Below, one piece after another: positions 11,772 through 22,525 of a stretch of 64,000 nucleotides of DNA; within the stretch, counting starts at the first letter, position 1; each line of letters opens with the position of its first letter. Source of the DNA: Dimorphilus gyrociliatus (Eukaryota > Animalia > Annelida); contig CAJFCJ010000005.1 of NCBI GenBank assembly GCA_904063045.1, positions 305,310 through 369,309 on the forward strand, in the 5' to 3' direction. The notes under the pieces were generated by a model, which did not search any database, was not told where the DNA came from, and saw only the letters and a list, made by a program, of their open reading frames with translations. Both the position numbers and the translations under genes were made by a program.

Positions 11772-13025
11772 TCATTCACTTTCTTTTGAATCTAAATGTT
11801 GATTTTTAATATTTTCGACATTTTCAAGAGCCGAATTGACTGAAGCATAAATAGAAGAGAAAAAAGCTTCGAAAAGTGTAACTAGGAATCTTTCTTTAGA
11901 CGAAATTTCTTGAACATTTATTGCTGGTGCAACCATTTCAATTTTATATTGTTGATTGAACACTGACTTTACTATTTGTTCTTGATATTTACAATAAGGT
12001 TGAGATGATATTATAACAATTGACTTGGACATTAAACTTTCGCCGTACTGTCGAATTGTTTCCTCAAGGCTACTCTTTGTATTTGGTCTTACATATTTCC
12101 ATACTCCTTTATTCTGTTCTTTAAGGATCTTTGGACTATTTACAATATCTAATGGATATTTATTTATTATCGGGTTTCTCTTTGCTAAAAACGATATCAT
12201 ATCTGTTTCTGTTGGCCATTTAACACCGTATTTTGAATTAATACATTCATAGATTTGTTCATGAGCAGACATAACAGCAGCTCCATCTGTTACGGATACT
12301 CCTTCAAGATACTTATCAATTTCGCTTTGTATTTCCATACAAATATCGCATTTATTGTATTCATCCGATGACTTCTGCAGCATTTCTGCAATAATTTCTA
12401 CAGCTATCGTTTCTCCATTGAGTCTATTGTCGGAATCATTGGGCCAAAGATCTCTCTCACCTCCGACTAGAATAATACGAGATGGATTTATTTCCTTATT
12501 CTTTAGCATGTTTGCTGCAGCCTGTAATCTTAGATTAAAGCCATAATAAGCTGCTCCCAGAATTAACAGAGTATGGAATGTATTATTCTTGGGGATAATC
12601 TTATCTATAAATCCTAAATTACGAAATTTTTCAACCAGCGTATCGAAAAACTGTACCATGTCAATACGGGAAGACATTTGTCTTCGTTCCATTCCTTCCG
12701 GTCTGAAACGTGATCTCTGATTTTGTCCTATACTATTAAACCATTTTAGAGCCTCTGATATAGATGGAAACTTTTGAAAGAAAGTTCCAGCGTCCAATAG
12801 ATTGTTTTTAGCCTCTTCATTAGTCATTAAAGTATCCGGTGTTTTGCCGTTTGTAAAAGCTCCTGAAGCGTGAAATAATTGTAAAAAATCCATTTTCTGT
12901 GAGAGTGTTTTATAGCCGTAATAATGTATTGTTTCAAACAAAATATTCCTTTTTTTACAGTCTTCCGCATCAATTTGATCATAAGATAAACATTCCTTAG
13001 TCGTTAACTCATTAGAAGTATCCAT
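11772..13025 (-). CDS. Intronless 417-aa protein with YdcF/DUF218-like (HUP-fold) motif order; bacterial-like hypothetical protein
   Basis: Single uninterrupted ORF (ATG at 13025). Motifs: LGFIDKIIP…LLILGA…RL…IILVGGERDLW…PTETDM…RPNT…IVIISSQPYCKYQ…IEMVAPA. The fold assignment comes from motif recall, not a search. Confidence 0.75.
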   Translation of the reverse strand: MDTSNELTTKECLSYDQIDAEDCKKRNILFETIHYYGYKTLSQKMDFLQLFHASGAFTNGKTPDTLMTNEEAKNNLLDAGTFFQKFPSISEALKWFNSIGQNQRSRFRPEGMERRQMSSRIDMVQFFDTLVEKFRNLGFIDKIIPKNNTFHTLLILGAAYYGFNLRLQAAANMLKNKEINPSRIILVGGERDLWPNDSDNRLNGETIAVEIIAEMLQKSSDEYNKCDICMEIQSEIDKYLEGVSVTDGAAVMSAHEQIYECINSKYGVKWPTETDMISFLAKRNPIINKYPLDIVNSPKILKEQNKGVWKYVRPNTKSSLEETIRQYGESLMSKSIVIISSQPYCKYQEQIVKSVFNQQYKIEMVAPAINVQEISSKERFLVTLFEAFFSSIYASVNSALENVENIKNQHLDSKESE

Positions 13026-13476
13026 TTTATGTTTCTTTAAAAAAAAAAGGAACAATATTAAATGTTTAATAATGTTACTATCTAATTATTCAACTAGTTC
13101 TATTTTCTAACTTCTTAGTTGATAAGGCAGATTTTTTTTTTTTGTAATATGTATTGAAAATATAAACCGACTGGCCTATTTTTTATTCAGATTAGATGAA
13201 GTAACGCGAAAGAATTCGATTTGAATTGGAAAAAAATTAGTAATTATTGTTACAGACACGGCAGTATTTATCATTTTAGCGGATATTTTTATATAGACAA
13301 AATATTTCGTTATATTTGCTTTAGTATTATGTTTATAGACTGAAAAGTTGTTGTACAGACTCGGTCTTAATGTAGAATTTGTACTCAATGTAGTATATTC
13401 GAGTATTGATTAGAAATAATACGATAAGAAACTTTATCATTGCTTTTTTCATTCATTGAACATTCAACTGCAAAAA

Positions 13477-15034
13477 TTAACGGTAATTGAATGAATTTTC
13501 CAGAATTTTCGATAGTATATCGTTCATTTCTTTAAATTTTGAATTATATTTCATATCTTGAAAATATATTAAATAAATTATAATTAATTAGTAATTTGCA
13601 TAATTTATTAGAAACTTACGTATTAGTGGTTTTATTTCTAATATTCTTTCAGTAATATTATTCCATTCAAATTGATTTCCACAATCTTTTTCTTTAATCC
13701 ACAGAATCAGTTGAAAGAGATGATAAATGAATAAAGTTCTATCGCATCTTGTAGGATAGTTACAAATTGTATAATAGAGTTTTAAAGCTCTATTGAATAT
13801 CTTGAACAAATGATAGATAATTTAAAAAGTGTTAATTTATTAATAATTTCAATACCTTTAATAAATTATCACGATGTAGTTTCTCTACATCAATATCTCT
13901 TTGATCCGCCGATCTAGCTTCTAAATGTAATACAATAAATTCAAAAAGCTGTACCAAATCATCAAAAGAAACTTTTAAACAACTAAAATAATCGATTTCG
14001 CTGTTGATGAAATCTACTGCAAAATTCTGGAATAGATAAAAAAAAATCGTAGAGTATAAGTTTTATAGTTTTAATACTAGATATCACGTGATAGTATCGT
14101 GGGAAAATAAGTTGATAATTATATAAATCATTTCGTAGTATGCTATTTTTAGGTATTTTACCAAAATATTTCAACTTTGTATGGCATTTTACGAATTTCC
14201 TATTGGAAATAGAAGAAAGTGTCCAGTTAGTTTAAAGTTATGTAATAAGAGTATTATTAACTTGATAAACTGTTCGTTAATTCTGAAAATAGGAAGGGAA
14301 ACGTATTCTAAATTCATCCAACTGTTGTAATAGGACAACAAATTTTCAATTGTATTCAATAATTCAATACAATTTTCATCAATTTTACTCGAAAATTGAA
14401 TTTTTTGTAGATTCTTAAGTGATTTTAATACTAATAGATCATTAATACGAAAATATTCGCAACATTCATCAAATATAAAACTATTCAAGTTGATTAAATT
14501 ATCAATTGAATTGAATTTTAGTATAAAGGTTTTGGAAATATTCAATTTTTTTAAATTTATGAATTCTTTGCAAATAATATCGAATCCTTTTGTTTCTATA
14601 TTCGTTCCATATAAATTTAGGTTTGTTATATTTTTAAAATGAACTAATTTGCATAATTCATAAAATAAATACTTCTTTTCTTCTAATTCGTTAATGTTGT
14701 TATTATTTTCCAAAATATTAATTAGGTCATTTATATCAATATCATAAAAATTAAATATTCTCCAATATTTACATGGTGGAATCTTTTTAAATGATAATTT
14801 CGATGAATATTCATAAGAATACGCTTCATATTTCAAATTCTTTAATTTGTATCTATTACATTCTAAAGTATGAAGAAATTTCTTTGAAAGTCCGCCATTT
14901 TTTTTAGTTATTAACCAAAAGATTTGATCTTTTAGATCATAGGGAATAACATTCTCCTCTTTAAGCAAAGAAGTTTGATACATTTGAAAATTCTTTTCAA
15001 TATATAATAAAATTAAATTCTGTAGACTATTCAT
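13477..15034 (-). CDS. ZYG11/ZER1-like LRR protein, paralog 2
   Basis: SLQNLILLYI…IPYDLKDQI; LRR ITNLNLYGTNIETKGFDIICKEFINLKKLNISKT; exon 2 KFVKCHTKLK; late exon with EWNNITERILEI. Spliced by eye to a stop near 13477. Confidence 0.7.
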
Positions 15035-15739
15035 CCTTCAGGAAATGATATTCAACAACTTATCCTTATCTAAAACTCTTTAAAATCATAGAGAAATGTC
15101 TATTTAAGTAACATTGGTATTATATGAAACTGTATATTTTTAACTAGCATTAATCCCCTTACCAAAGGAATTATGTAAGATTATTGAAATAATTAAAGAA
15201 AAAAAAATCCGGATTATTAGAATAAATGAAACTAAGTTTAGTGTTAAAAAAAATCAATTACTTAATCACTGTTTTCATAAATGGCAGCTTTAATTATTAA
15301 TAATATTAAAACTCATATGATAAATGATATTCAATAAAGATTACATTAATGCTACAATGATTACTATGAAATTATTCAACTACTTTAGTTTAAATACAGT
15401 AGAACTGTTGTCAATGGCAGCAAAATGTACTTTGAACGACCCTTTAATACTTATTCATGAGATTTCATTAATATTGAACTATCGGTGAACTTTTCAACTG
15501 TAGAATCATACATTACATTAAATAAAGTCAAATTTACGCATAGTAACAACCTCGTTTTGCTATGGGTCAATAGTCTTTGTGAAAAAAAGGTTAGGGAAAG
15601 ACCTTGTCAATACTGATCCAACAAAAGAAGAATAGCCAAGTTTCATTATTGTAATACTATATTAGTGGAAAGATTTCAGTATCACATTGAAGCATCAAAC
15701 ATTAAACTCTGAAAAGCAAACTTGAAATCGATAAAAACT

Positions 15740-16024
15740 ATGAAAGTTTTAAAGAGTTTTGAGGAAATTCTATTGCTGCTAACTTTTGCAATGTTTTTTA
15801 TCCATGCTCTAGAAATTTCTCCACCTCCAAATCGAAAGATCCGAGCATTACCTCCACCTGGAAAGGCGCATGGACTCCCTCCTAGCGGTAATACAGACAA
15901 TTTACCTCCAAGTCGCAAGGTACGAGCATTACCTCCATCTGGAAAGGCGCATGGACTCCCTCCTAGCGGTAATGCGAACGGTCTACCTCCCAGTGGCAGC
16001 AGTATCAATAAGCAGGAACAGTAG
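15740..16024 (+). CDS. Small secreted repeat protein / candidate propeptide with xLPPSG repeats (94 aa)
   Basis: ATG at 15740; signal peptide MKVLKSFEEILLLLTFAMFFIHA; 9-aa units IRALPPPGK/AHGLPPSGN/TDNLPPSRK/VRALPPSGK/AHGLPPSGN/ANGLPPSGS; single exon. Confidence 0.7.
   Translation: MKVLKSFEEILLLLTFAMFFIHALEISPPPNRKIRALPPPGKAHGLPPSGNTDNLPPSRKVRALPPSGKAHGLPPSGNANGLPPSGSSINKQEQ
15842..16000 (+). repeat. 81-bp tandem duplication (3 x 27-bp subunits) inside the LPPSG ORF
   Basis: CGAGCATTACCTCCAYCTGGAAAGGCGCATGGACTCCCTCCTAGCGGTAAT recurs at 15842 and 15923 (period 81). Confidence 0.9.
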
Positions 16025-16329
16025 ACATTCAAGAGAGTGAAAGTAAAACTTTTTCAGAAGATAGAATTCTTAACGAGATATTAGATATATCATTCCTTAT
16101 ATCAGATAATCTTGAGTTATTATCTCTTTTGTAGAAAAGAAAAGGATGCTAAAAATCAATGATTATATTGTTTTATTGTTTAACATTTATCGTCAAGTGC
16201 GGACTACTAGGCTCTATTACGTAAAATATTATTGTGAGATTTTTGCAGTATTGCAGTAGACTATCAATTAATACAATTATACGAAACGAAATAAAACTAT
16301 TAATTACGTAATAATAATAATATTAATAT

Positions 16330-17441
16330 TTATGAAAATTCACTCAAGTGTGAAATGATTTGAACATCTATGTCGCAAACTGAAACAATATTGAGCATTT
16401 GAGTTGAATTTGAATTGGATAGCCATTTAATATAGATTAATTTACATAATCTATAACCGCAACTACATTTGAAAGAACACTTTCCCGTTTGTGATGATTT
16501 TAGTGAACATTGATAAAAGATTCCACTCCATAGGTCATTTTCTTTAAAGTATTGATCCGCGGACGGTACGTAAACAACAACGAAAGGCAACTCCGAACTA
16601 CTGGAGCACGTGAAATTATCACCTGTAATATCAACTTGAACCATATTTGAATATGGTCGATAGATTTGATATATAAATTTTTGCTGTTTTGTCGAGTTTA
16701 ACTGATAACAAGTTTCATATCTCTCAGGCGATGACAGACCTCCCAATTCGCAGACATTATCAACCATTAGGTGTCCGTATAATCCAAGGTAAAGATCTTC
16801 TTCAGGAATTACTAACGTTATAGATGAAATTATTTAAAATAATGTATTATTATATAAAAAATGTACTCACAAGGTGATCTAAATACCGAAACGGCTCTGT
16901 TATTAAATTGAAAAACTGATAACAAAGTATTATCTTGTTTCTGAAGAGAAATTTGGTTTTGAGTGCGTTCGCAAAAGGAATTCTGGGATTTATCGTTTAT
17001 AATCCATACGTATTTACCTTTAATTATTACACATACATACAATTTTTAAAGGTACGCTTCTACAAACTTTTTTACCTCTAACTTTAAACTTTACAGCTGC
17101 AGCAGGATTGGTCAACAACTTACGATGCCATACGTAAACAAGCTCTGCATCTGAATTAGGATCGTCTGGAATTAATTCCAATTCTCCTAGAATAGATAAT
17201 AAGAAATAGGAGAATATTTATTCATAGCACGAACAAATAATTTAAAACCTCCAGGTAAAAAACATTTCGGTGTACTTGTTAACTTGAAGCAACAACCTAA
17301 ATTTGAGCATTGTTCAGCAACGTTTACTGCCTTACCGCATTCAATTCTTTCATCACTTGGCATGTAACATATTTTTGAATTAATAGTAGAAAAATTGTTT
17401 AGAATTAAACCAACTATTAATAGAATATTTGAACAATTCAT
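16330..17441 (-). CDS. Secreted protein: trefoil (P-type) domain followed by a galactose-binding/F5-8-like region and a Cys-rich C-terminal domain; multi-exon
   Basis: Signal peptide, then ICYMPSDERIECGKAVNVAEQCSNLGCCFKLTSTPKCF (6-Cys trefoil pattern), splice donor at PG|GT. Downstream exons include FCERTQNQ…VFQFNNRAVSV and CSFKCSCGYRLCKLIYIKW. Confidence 0.7.
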
Positions 17442-18610
17442 CGTTTATTGTTGAAATGTTCAAGTTTGAACTAAAAATAAAGAACAATGTCATTTTTACC
17501 TTATTTATATCATATTCTCAATAAAAAGAGGATAATATCAATTTCTAATTAATATAAAAAATAAAGAAGAGATTTTTGCAACTTTTGTTTTTAAAAAAAA
17601 AAACAATTTCGAACATTTTGAATATTAAAAGACTTTATTTTTTTATTTTCTAAATGTTTCAAACTTTAATAAATATTCGATAAGAATATAAAATCGGAAG
17701 TGTTAAGTATCTTTTTCCCTCTGCCTCTTTCTCTCTCTCTCTATTGTTCAAATTTTATGCTTTTTTATACTAATTAACTAATAATTGAACGTTTAATTTC
17801 TAAATTTCTTTCTCCTTTTCAATAAATGTTATAACATTGAATTGAAAATTTGAAATTAGATTATAAGGGTAGAGACCGATAGGAAATGATGGATAGGGTT
17901 TAGATTACGAGAAATAAACGAAGTAGTAACTTTAAAGAGCTGTGGTCTTTATATAATGTTTTTTCTTTTTGACCAAATGCTACTAATATTGATTTATGTT
18001 TCTTGTATGAATAACTAGCTATTCTACTAGTAAACTACCATTGAAAGGGGTGAGATTATAGTATTTTTTCTATATATATATATATATATATGTATACTGT
18101 ATATATAAAATTGTAACACCCACAGCTAATATCATTAATCTTTCTTACAAGAATGATAAAAGTGGTTCGGTTATTGTTATTATTTATATTTTGAACTTTA
18201 ATCCTTCTAAATATAGTATTTTAAGATAAGAATGAAGAAGTGGGTGATGTTAATTAATCCTATGAGATTTATTGATTAATTAAATGCATTGTTTATAGAG
18301 GGAATAGATATTATTCTTATCAGATTATACCCGATAGATCACATTTACTATCGAAATGGTTTAACGGCTTTGAGTATGCATTTTTCGTATTGAAAGATGA
18401 ATAATCTGTTAGGCCAGTTTTTACCTTGAATGCAGTGATCGTTGGATTCTTTCCTTTTGTTAGTTTCGCAGAGAAATTTCTAGTCGGAGTTTACACTTTC
18501 ATACATACTGTATTTATTGAAATATAGGATATTCTAATAAAATATTTCTCTAATGAATGGATTATTGATAGTTTAAGGAAACACCTGCAAAATTATTAAT
18601 ATTTCAAAAT

Positions 18611-21600
18611 ATGAAAGCTTTGGAAAAATTAAATTTTAGTTTACAAAGAGAAAATCTGCAAAAACTCTTCTTCGATCAAAGTATTTTTATTCAAGTAATA
18701 CAGAAATTATCTGATCAAAATATTATAAATTCTAAAAAACAAGAAGAAATCGATAATCAATATAAATTTAGAGGTAAAATGAAAACAACCAATCTAATTC
18801 TAGATATATTGGCAACCCAACCTCTTAATACTGCAAATGAGATAGTAAATGGTCTAGAGGTGGATAATAAATACTTGTCCGAACATCTCATGGATATTCA
18901 AAATGGATGGTTAAAATTAGTTGCTGATTTGAAAAATGAATGGAAAGAAAAATATTTGTACATTAAACTTCTTCCTCTTGGATATGTTAGAGAAATAAAA
19001 ACGACAGATGTTCAAGCATCAATTGAAATGATGAATTTAAGCAATAAAGCTATATTCGAAACGTATTTAAATTCAATAAATTTGAATTATTCAAATTTTT
19101 ATAAAATTTTTCAAGCAAATTTTAATAAAATCCTTATTCAAGGTGAATCGGGAATTGGTAAAAGCGTTCAATTAAAGTATCTTGTTCATTCGTGGGCAAA
19201 CGATTATTGGGAGATATGCAAAGATAAAATTATTATAGTTATTATATCGAGGAATGTTTTACCAAGTGATGACGTATACGATACAATACTAAAGCAGAAT
19301 TTTAGAAATATTCCCTATATGAATAGAGACATCTTAATGTCGCTTTTCCAGGAGAAAAATTCCAATATTCTACTATTTATTGATGGAGCCGATGAATTTA
19401 ATATCTTGAATCATCCGTTAAATAATATTTTTGAAAAATCAAATTGTTCCATACCAACTGTAATTTGGTCTCGTAAAAGAAAAGCTCAAACTATTCAAAG
19501 TTCGTGTGACGTCACTTTCCAATTAACAGGTTTCGATAGTTCACAATTTAAGAGTTTTATACAAAGGTATTTTATTTCTATTGAAAAATCGGAAGTTTTC
19601 ATTAGAGAACTTGAGCAACAAACTAGTACTATTCAAAGCTTATTAAAGGTACCATTGATGGGACTGATGTTTTATTTTATCTGGCAGGAACTAGGTAGTA
19701 TTCTGGATAAAAGCTTATACGAAATCTATGAGAAATTAGTTGTCTTACTTCAAAAGAATATAGGATTATCAAGTGAAAGTATATTGAATAGAATGTTAAT
19801 GGTCTATAAACTATGTTTCATTTATCTACCATCTTCTAAAATATTAGTACCAGTAGACAAACACGAAGAAGAGGAACTGGTGAAATGTATAGGCTATTTT
19901 GCTCAAATTATACCTCAGTATCATACAACTCCGAGATCGGTTGAAATTCAATTTTTACACCAATCTTTACAAGAATATTTCGCCGCAAAATATCTAATTG
20001 ATAAATTTCAAACAACGAAAAGTCTTAGCTACTGGAAAACATCATTCGATAATCAATTAACTAAGATGAATAATACGAAATTATACAACGTTATTGAATA
20101 TATTAGACAGAGTTCAAATGAAATATTTCAAAAATTCCTAACCGTTTCGGAGAAATTGCAAGAAATTTACAATTGTAGTAAAGAATTGAAAGATTTATTA
20201 GCGAATGGTATAAAGGATAACAATAAATTATTGATTAAAGACGAATATATCAGTAATATTACTGTAGAAATTTTAACCGAAAAACTCGGAATACATTGCG
20301 TGGATATAACTTTAATAAATCCAAATATAGATTTATCTTTTATGACCAATCAGCTTTGTTCAAAAGCTAAATGTTTAAAGAATTTCATCATTTGTGTGAA
20401 AAGTTCAGAAAAATTTGTAGAATTGAATGCAAATCTATGGTTCAGTATTTTAAACTTGTTAGTTTCTACTAAACTTGAAAGCTTTATATTGAAAAGTGTA
20501 CAAAATGATAACAATTTACAGAAATCGTGTCTTGAAAAAAGATATCGTAATTCGGTAAGGGATACGGATTCTAAACAAACTACAAGTACTATGGTACAAG
20601 ATTCAACTCCAAATCTTCGAACACTCGATCTTTGCGGATGTCGTCTGTCCGAATCTCAATCAAAAGAACTTGCATCGTTATTATTAAAGTGTAATAATTT
20701 ACATTCTTTAAATATCAGATATACGAAAGTAATGAATTCTGGATTTATAGATATTTGTAATGGATTAAAAAATAGTTGTAATAGACTAAAAGTATTAAAT
20801 TTATATGGATTTGGTTTGTCTGAAGCAGAGTCTCTGGCTTTAGGAGAAGTATTAAGTGTCTGCTGTCAAATCGAATCGATTGATTTAGGTTGGAATGTTA
20901 GTATGGGCGCTGGATTGAACTCTATATGCGAAGGTTTGAAACTGTCCAACGAAACTCTTAAAAGTCTTAGTGTCTATTGGTGTGATTTAAATGAAAATCA
21001 ATCGGAAGCCTTAAGAGAGCTGTTACTTCATTGTTCAAATATAGAAGCTTTAAATCTAGCTTGGAATAAAAATATAAATGAAGGATTACAAAGGGTATTA
21101 GAGGGTCTTGAGCATTCTCACTCTACATTAACTAGTCTTAACCTTCAAAATTGTAACCTAACTGAGAAACAGTTGGTTTATTTGGGAGAATGGATAAAAA
21201 CTTGTTCTAGTATTAAACAATTGGATTTGGGCGGTAATAGAAGTATGTTCTGCGGCTATAAAATGATAATCGACAATTTAAAATCGTCTTCCGATTCAAT
21301 AACAAGCCTTAACTTTTACGGTTGTAATTTAACCGAATTTCAAGCAACAAATCTAAAAGACCTTTTAGTATGCTGTTCAAACATTCAATCATTAAATCTC
21401 GCTTGGAATAGAAATATGGGTTACGGAATTCAATCGATAATAAACAGTTTAAAAAGTTCATGCAATACTATTAAAACTCTTAATTTTTGCGGATGTGATA
21501 TAAGAGAAACTCAATTAATATCTTTAGCAGAATTATTATCAATTTGCCCAAAACTTGAATTATTGGATTTAAGTTATAACACAAAAATGAATTATGGACT

Positions 21601-21760
21601 TAAAGAAGTAATTAACACTTTAAAAACCTCTTCAGATAATCTAACCAGTCTAAAAGTAATTGGTTGCCGTTTGACACACGATCAAGTAGATACTTTAAAG
21701 GAATTACTATTGACTTGTCTAAATGCAATTGACCAAACTCGTAAAATTTCTCTTTATTAA
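18611..21760 (+). CDS. NLR: CARD-like death fold + NACHT + RI-type LRRs, 1049 aa, intronless
   Basis: Walker A ILIQGESGIGKS, Walker B LLFIDGADEF, winged-helix FLHQSLQEYFAAKYL, alternating 28/29-aa LRRs (LRTLDLCGCRLSESQSKELASLL…). The N-terminal ~95 aa is a helical death-fold-like segment. Confidence 0.9.
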   Translation: MKALEKLNFSLQRENLQKLFFDQSIFIQVIQKLSDQNIINSKKQEEIDNQYKFRGKMKTTNLILDILATQPLNTANEIVNGLEVDNKYLSEHLMDIQNGWLKLVADLKNEWKEKYLYIKLLPLGYVREIKTTDVQASIEMMNLSNKAIFETYLNSINLNYSNFYKIFQANFNKILIQGESGIGKSVQLKYLVHSWANDYWEICKDKIIIVIISRNVLPSDDVYDTILKQNFRNIPYMNRDILMSLFQEKNSNILLFIDGADEFNILNHPLNNIFEKSNCSIPTVIWSRKRKAQTIQSSCDVTFQLTGFDSSQFKSFIQRYFISIEKSEVFIRELEQQTSTIQSLLKVPLMGLMFYFIWQELGSILDKSLYEIYEKLVVLLQKNIGLSSESILNRMLMVYKLCFIYLPSSKILVPVDKHEEEELVKCIGYFAQIIPQYHTTPRSVEIQFLHQSLQEYFAAKYLIDKFQTTKSLSYWKTSFDNQLTKMNNTKLYNVIEYIRQSSNEIFQKFLTVSEKLQEIYNCSKELKDLLANGIKDNNKLLIKDEYISNITVEILTEKLGIHCVDITLINPNIDLSFMTNQLCSKAKCLKNFIICVKSSEKFVELNANLWFSILNLLVSTKLESFILKSVQNDNNLQKSCLEKRYRNSVRDTDSKQTTSTMVQDSTPNLRTLDLCGCRLSESQSKELASLLLKCNNLHSLNIRYTKVMNSGFIDICNGLKNSCNRLKVLNLYGFGLSEAESLALGEVLSVCCQIESIDLGWNVSMGAGLNSICEGLKLSNETLKSLSVYWCDLNENQSEALRELLLHCSNIEALNLAWNKNINEGLQRVLEGLEHSHSTLTSLNLQNCNLTEKQLVYLGEWIKTCSSIKQLDLGGNRSMFCGYKMIIDNLKSSSDSITSLNFYGCNLTEFQATNLKDLLVCCSNIQSLNLAWNRNMGYGIQSIINSLKSSCNTIKTLNFCGCDIRETQLISLAELLSICPKLELLDLSYNTKMNYGLKEVINTLKTSSDNLTSLKVIGCRLTHDQVDTLKELLLTCLNAIDQTRKISLY

Positions 21761-22525
21761 TCAATTAATTACAAAGATGCTATGCTATTTAGCTTTTTTT
21801 ATTATTAATAAGAAAAGACTAAACTAAACAATCCCTTATTTTTTTTACCGTATTTTCAATAATAAACTCTTTTCTTCCAAGTATTGATATTCTCCCTTCA
21901 ATAAGATCTCTCTTTTTTCATATTAATGCTTAAAGGTTGATTTATTTAAAAGAACCAATAGAGAAAAAGAGTACGACATTTCAATACTACTTAACTCAGC
22001 CTATTAGTATAAAATCCAGAATATTTAAGGTAAGAAAATTCGATCAGATAAAATACTAACGATAAAGTCTATTAACATATAATAACTAATTATTTAACCA
22101 ATTATTTATAGTCCACTAGTACAATTGCTAAAAATATTGATATTATAGATATTTAGATATTGTTGTATGTCTTTGTATAAGCCAATGTATAACGATGGAA
22201 TAGATATCTATAACATATGCATAAGATACTACTTTGCGGGAAATTCTATCTCAAAAACAAAACATAATAACAAAAACGCAAGTAAAAAAAATCAATTATT
22301 TCAATCAATAGTTGTAAACACATTAGAACAGCTTTAGCTGTTTCCGATTGCGTAACATATAGTAATATTAATGAAGTATAGATATATTTAGTCAACTGTC
22401 TTTCGATACTTTATCTAACCCGCTCTAGTGTTAGTTTTTCTATATTGGAATATCAAATATTATCTACGTTCATCAGTTGTTTCAGCAAATCTTATTACGT
22501 TTTAATATAATATTTATATTAAAAT

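Noticed and set aside
15842-16000. Possible CRISPR-like repeat array
   Set aside because: Repeats are contiguous, in-frame coding duplications with no unique spacers, and the DNA is eukaryotic with no cas genes.
15682-16032. Minus-strand 116-aa ORF with LPLGG repeats
   Set aside because: Antisense shadow of the LPPSG ORF. The plus strand has the proper ATG, signal peptide and processing-like sites.
22238-22247. GGGAAATTCT, near-kappaB site upstream of CMPK2
   Set aside because: Imperfect match. Similar 10-mers occur elsewhere without relation to gene starts, so it cannot be supported from sequence alone.
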